A DNA stretch of 61,640 nt, filler included, from Sphacelaria rigidula (lineage: Eukaryota), in NCBI GenBank assembly GCA_964200075.2. It is 11 parts of 11 records of this genome, joined end to end, with 100 filler letters (N's around TTAATTAATTAA, not from the genome) between each part and the next. Parts side by side here need not be neighbours in the genome. Positions count along the whole stretch, not along the records: positions 56,129 to 61,640 come from CAXNAA020026723.1; 10 more parts are not named here. One strand, 5' to 3'. The position numbers and the translations under genes are program-made. The first letter of the stretch is position 1. Every line of letters starts with the position of its first letter. The notes below the pieces were generated by a model. It was not told where the DNA came from and made no database searches. It saw only the letters and a program-made list of their open reading frames with translations. Of this stretch, positions 59,968 to 61,640 are shown one piece after another.

Positions 59968-60239
59968 GCTGTTGCACTTTATATCTGAATATGTTTGAGC
60001 TTTAGTGGAGTGCATTGCATGTCCACTCCACCGGCTGTTTCAGCAGCCTTTGTAGTTGAGCAAGCACTTCGAAACGTGTGAGTCCATCAAAGGCTTCACC
60101 ACCACCACCACCACCACCACCGCTGCTGCAATACCCTGGGTTTCAAAAACACATGTGCATTGTTGTTGTCTTACGAACGAATGCTTCTATGATGTGATTG
60201 CGGCGGGGAGAAACGGGCGAGGTGGAGAGGGGGAGCGGG

Positions 60240-61640
60240 GGGGGGGCGTACTCATTTGTTGCCTGCCTTAGTCGTGTGACCATTGACCACGCATCCCTTT
60301 CGAGACGGAGCACCGGTCCTACTCCTAATAGAGACACCTTCAACATTCCGGCGCCCATTACGTTTCTTCCATACATTACACAAAAACATTTTACATATCT
60401 TATCCCCGTCCTGCTTCGCCGTCTGTGGCCACCATTTATTTCCTAGTATAGCGATCGTTTTCTCCCTACTGTCTAGTGCATCAAAAGATTTCATGCCACC
60501 TTCGTTCACGTCCCGCATTTCCCCCTTCACCACGTCCCGTTCCTCCTTGTATAGTTCACGTTCTGCCATTATATGACTTCTGCTCTCTATTGCCTTGCCA
60601 CAGAGGCAGCTCCGTCCATCTACTTCCTCCTCCGCACGACGACTGGTATATCTCTTTCTTCTTTCCGGCAGGTCTAGGTCCCCCACCCGAAATCGCAGTT
60701 TCAATATTTCTCGCAGCGTCCTTTGGGCCATGCAAATATGTTTTCATCCCCATCCCCTATTTCAACCACCCGTATATCTCCAGGTGTTCTTCCTCGTCTA
60801 CCTTGCGTCTGAGCGCTCCTTTTCCCCTTGTTTCTACCACGTCTCTTACTTTTACCTTGTACCCCGCGTCTTCATCTATGGACAGTGTTTCGTCTTGGTT
60901 GCCTCCTACCCCCCTCCACACTTTCTCGACTTCTCTATCCCACCTTATAGCACGCCCTTTCGTAATCTTCTTCCATACAGCCCTATCAACTATAGCTGGC
61001 AATCTCTTCCTCTGCATGTTCTTTACGGTATATTGTCATCGCAATTTCCTCATGTCTCCGTTTGTTTTGAGTGAGTACATTCCCAACTCTGCTCTCAAAG
61101 CTGTATTACTCGTCATTTTCGAGCATCCATGTATCTTCTTAGCTGCTGCCATCTGTACTGCTTCCAACCTCTTTACCAACTTCACGTTCCCCTCCCATAC
61201 TTCTCCTGCATATAGTATTCCAGCTTTGGTACGATCACGTTCATCAGGATACATGTCTTGATCCTGGTGTCTAGATGCGGGTCTCTGAGGACCACGTCCA
61301 ACTTGCCTATCTTTGCCTTACCCTTGTCTATTACTTTGTTTATGTGTGCATCCCAAGAATGGTTTCTTGAGGTCTCTACGCCAAGGTATGTATACTGGTC
61401 TACGATCGCCAGTTCCTCTCCTCCCCACTTCCACTTGAACTCTACCGGATTTTTCACATCTTCGTTACAGACGAGTACTGTGCATTTGTTGACGTTGGTC
61501 AATCTCCATGTCCCAGCACCTTTTCTCTTTGTTTTTGCAATATTTCTGCTGTTTTTGAAATCCCCACAAAACCATCTGCGAACATCAATCCTGATACCAT
61601 ATCTTCCCCCACCTGAACCCCTTGCTCTGCTGCTTCTATT
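60240..61640 (-). mobile_element. Decayed LINE ORF2: RT core/thumb, C-terminal Cys/His motif and 3' end (probably intronic in the apyrase gene)
   Basis: GLMFADG, DQYTYLGV, PKLEY, LRAELG, LRFRVGDLDL, CLCG..SH, stop at 60252, then GTACG and a C-tract. Frameshifted. Confidence 0.92.

Noticed and set aside
60476..61261. 261-aa plus-strand ORF (and similar ORFs at 6431-6976 and 42200-44334)
   Set aside because: These are antisense shadows of LINE or Gypsy coding sequence.
1..61640. A multi-gene system or cluster (TatD nuclease, RTs, repeats, apyrase) spanning the window
   Set aside because: The window is 11 size-sorted contigs joined by artificial spacers, so co-occurrence across contigs has no biological meaning.

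Overview
This is eukaryotic genomic DNA, most consistent with a brown alga (Phaeophyceae, stramenopile). That assignment is inferred from short exons in long introns, a flagellar CFAP58 gene, TTAGGG repeats and the repeat families present. The window is not one locus. It is 11 unrelated unplaced contigs (eight of 5513 bp, then three of 5512 bp, i.e. size-sorted) joined by 100-bp artificial spacers (N44-TTAATTAATTAA-N44), so gene neighbourhoods across spacers mean nothing. Host gene fragments I could splice by eye: four CFAP58 exons (one GC-AG intron), a TatD first exon, the first two exons of a C2-domain gene, two GDA1/CD39 apyrase exons, a coiled-coil exon and a probable membrane-anchored first exon. 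Most of the rest is transposon-derived: an APE-RT LINE family (many 3' ends), a chromodomain Ty3/Gypsy with its 3' LTR, a hAT remnant, two tRNA-headed SINE families, many MITE/foldback elements, and tandem repeats. The most notable observation is a decayed, intron-containing CMC/Plavaka-like DDE transposase with a BAH-like chromatin-reader domain just upstream of its catalytic core. Next are the C-tract, hairpin-rich LINE 3' end without poly(A), a ~400-bp inverted exon duplication, a perfect 78-bp palindrome and a telomere-repeat-bearing MITE. All protein assignments come from motif recognition, not database searches.
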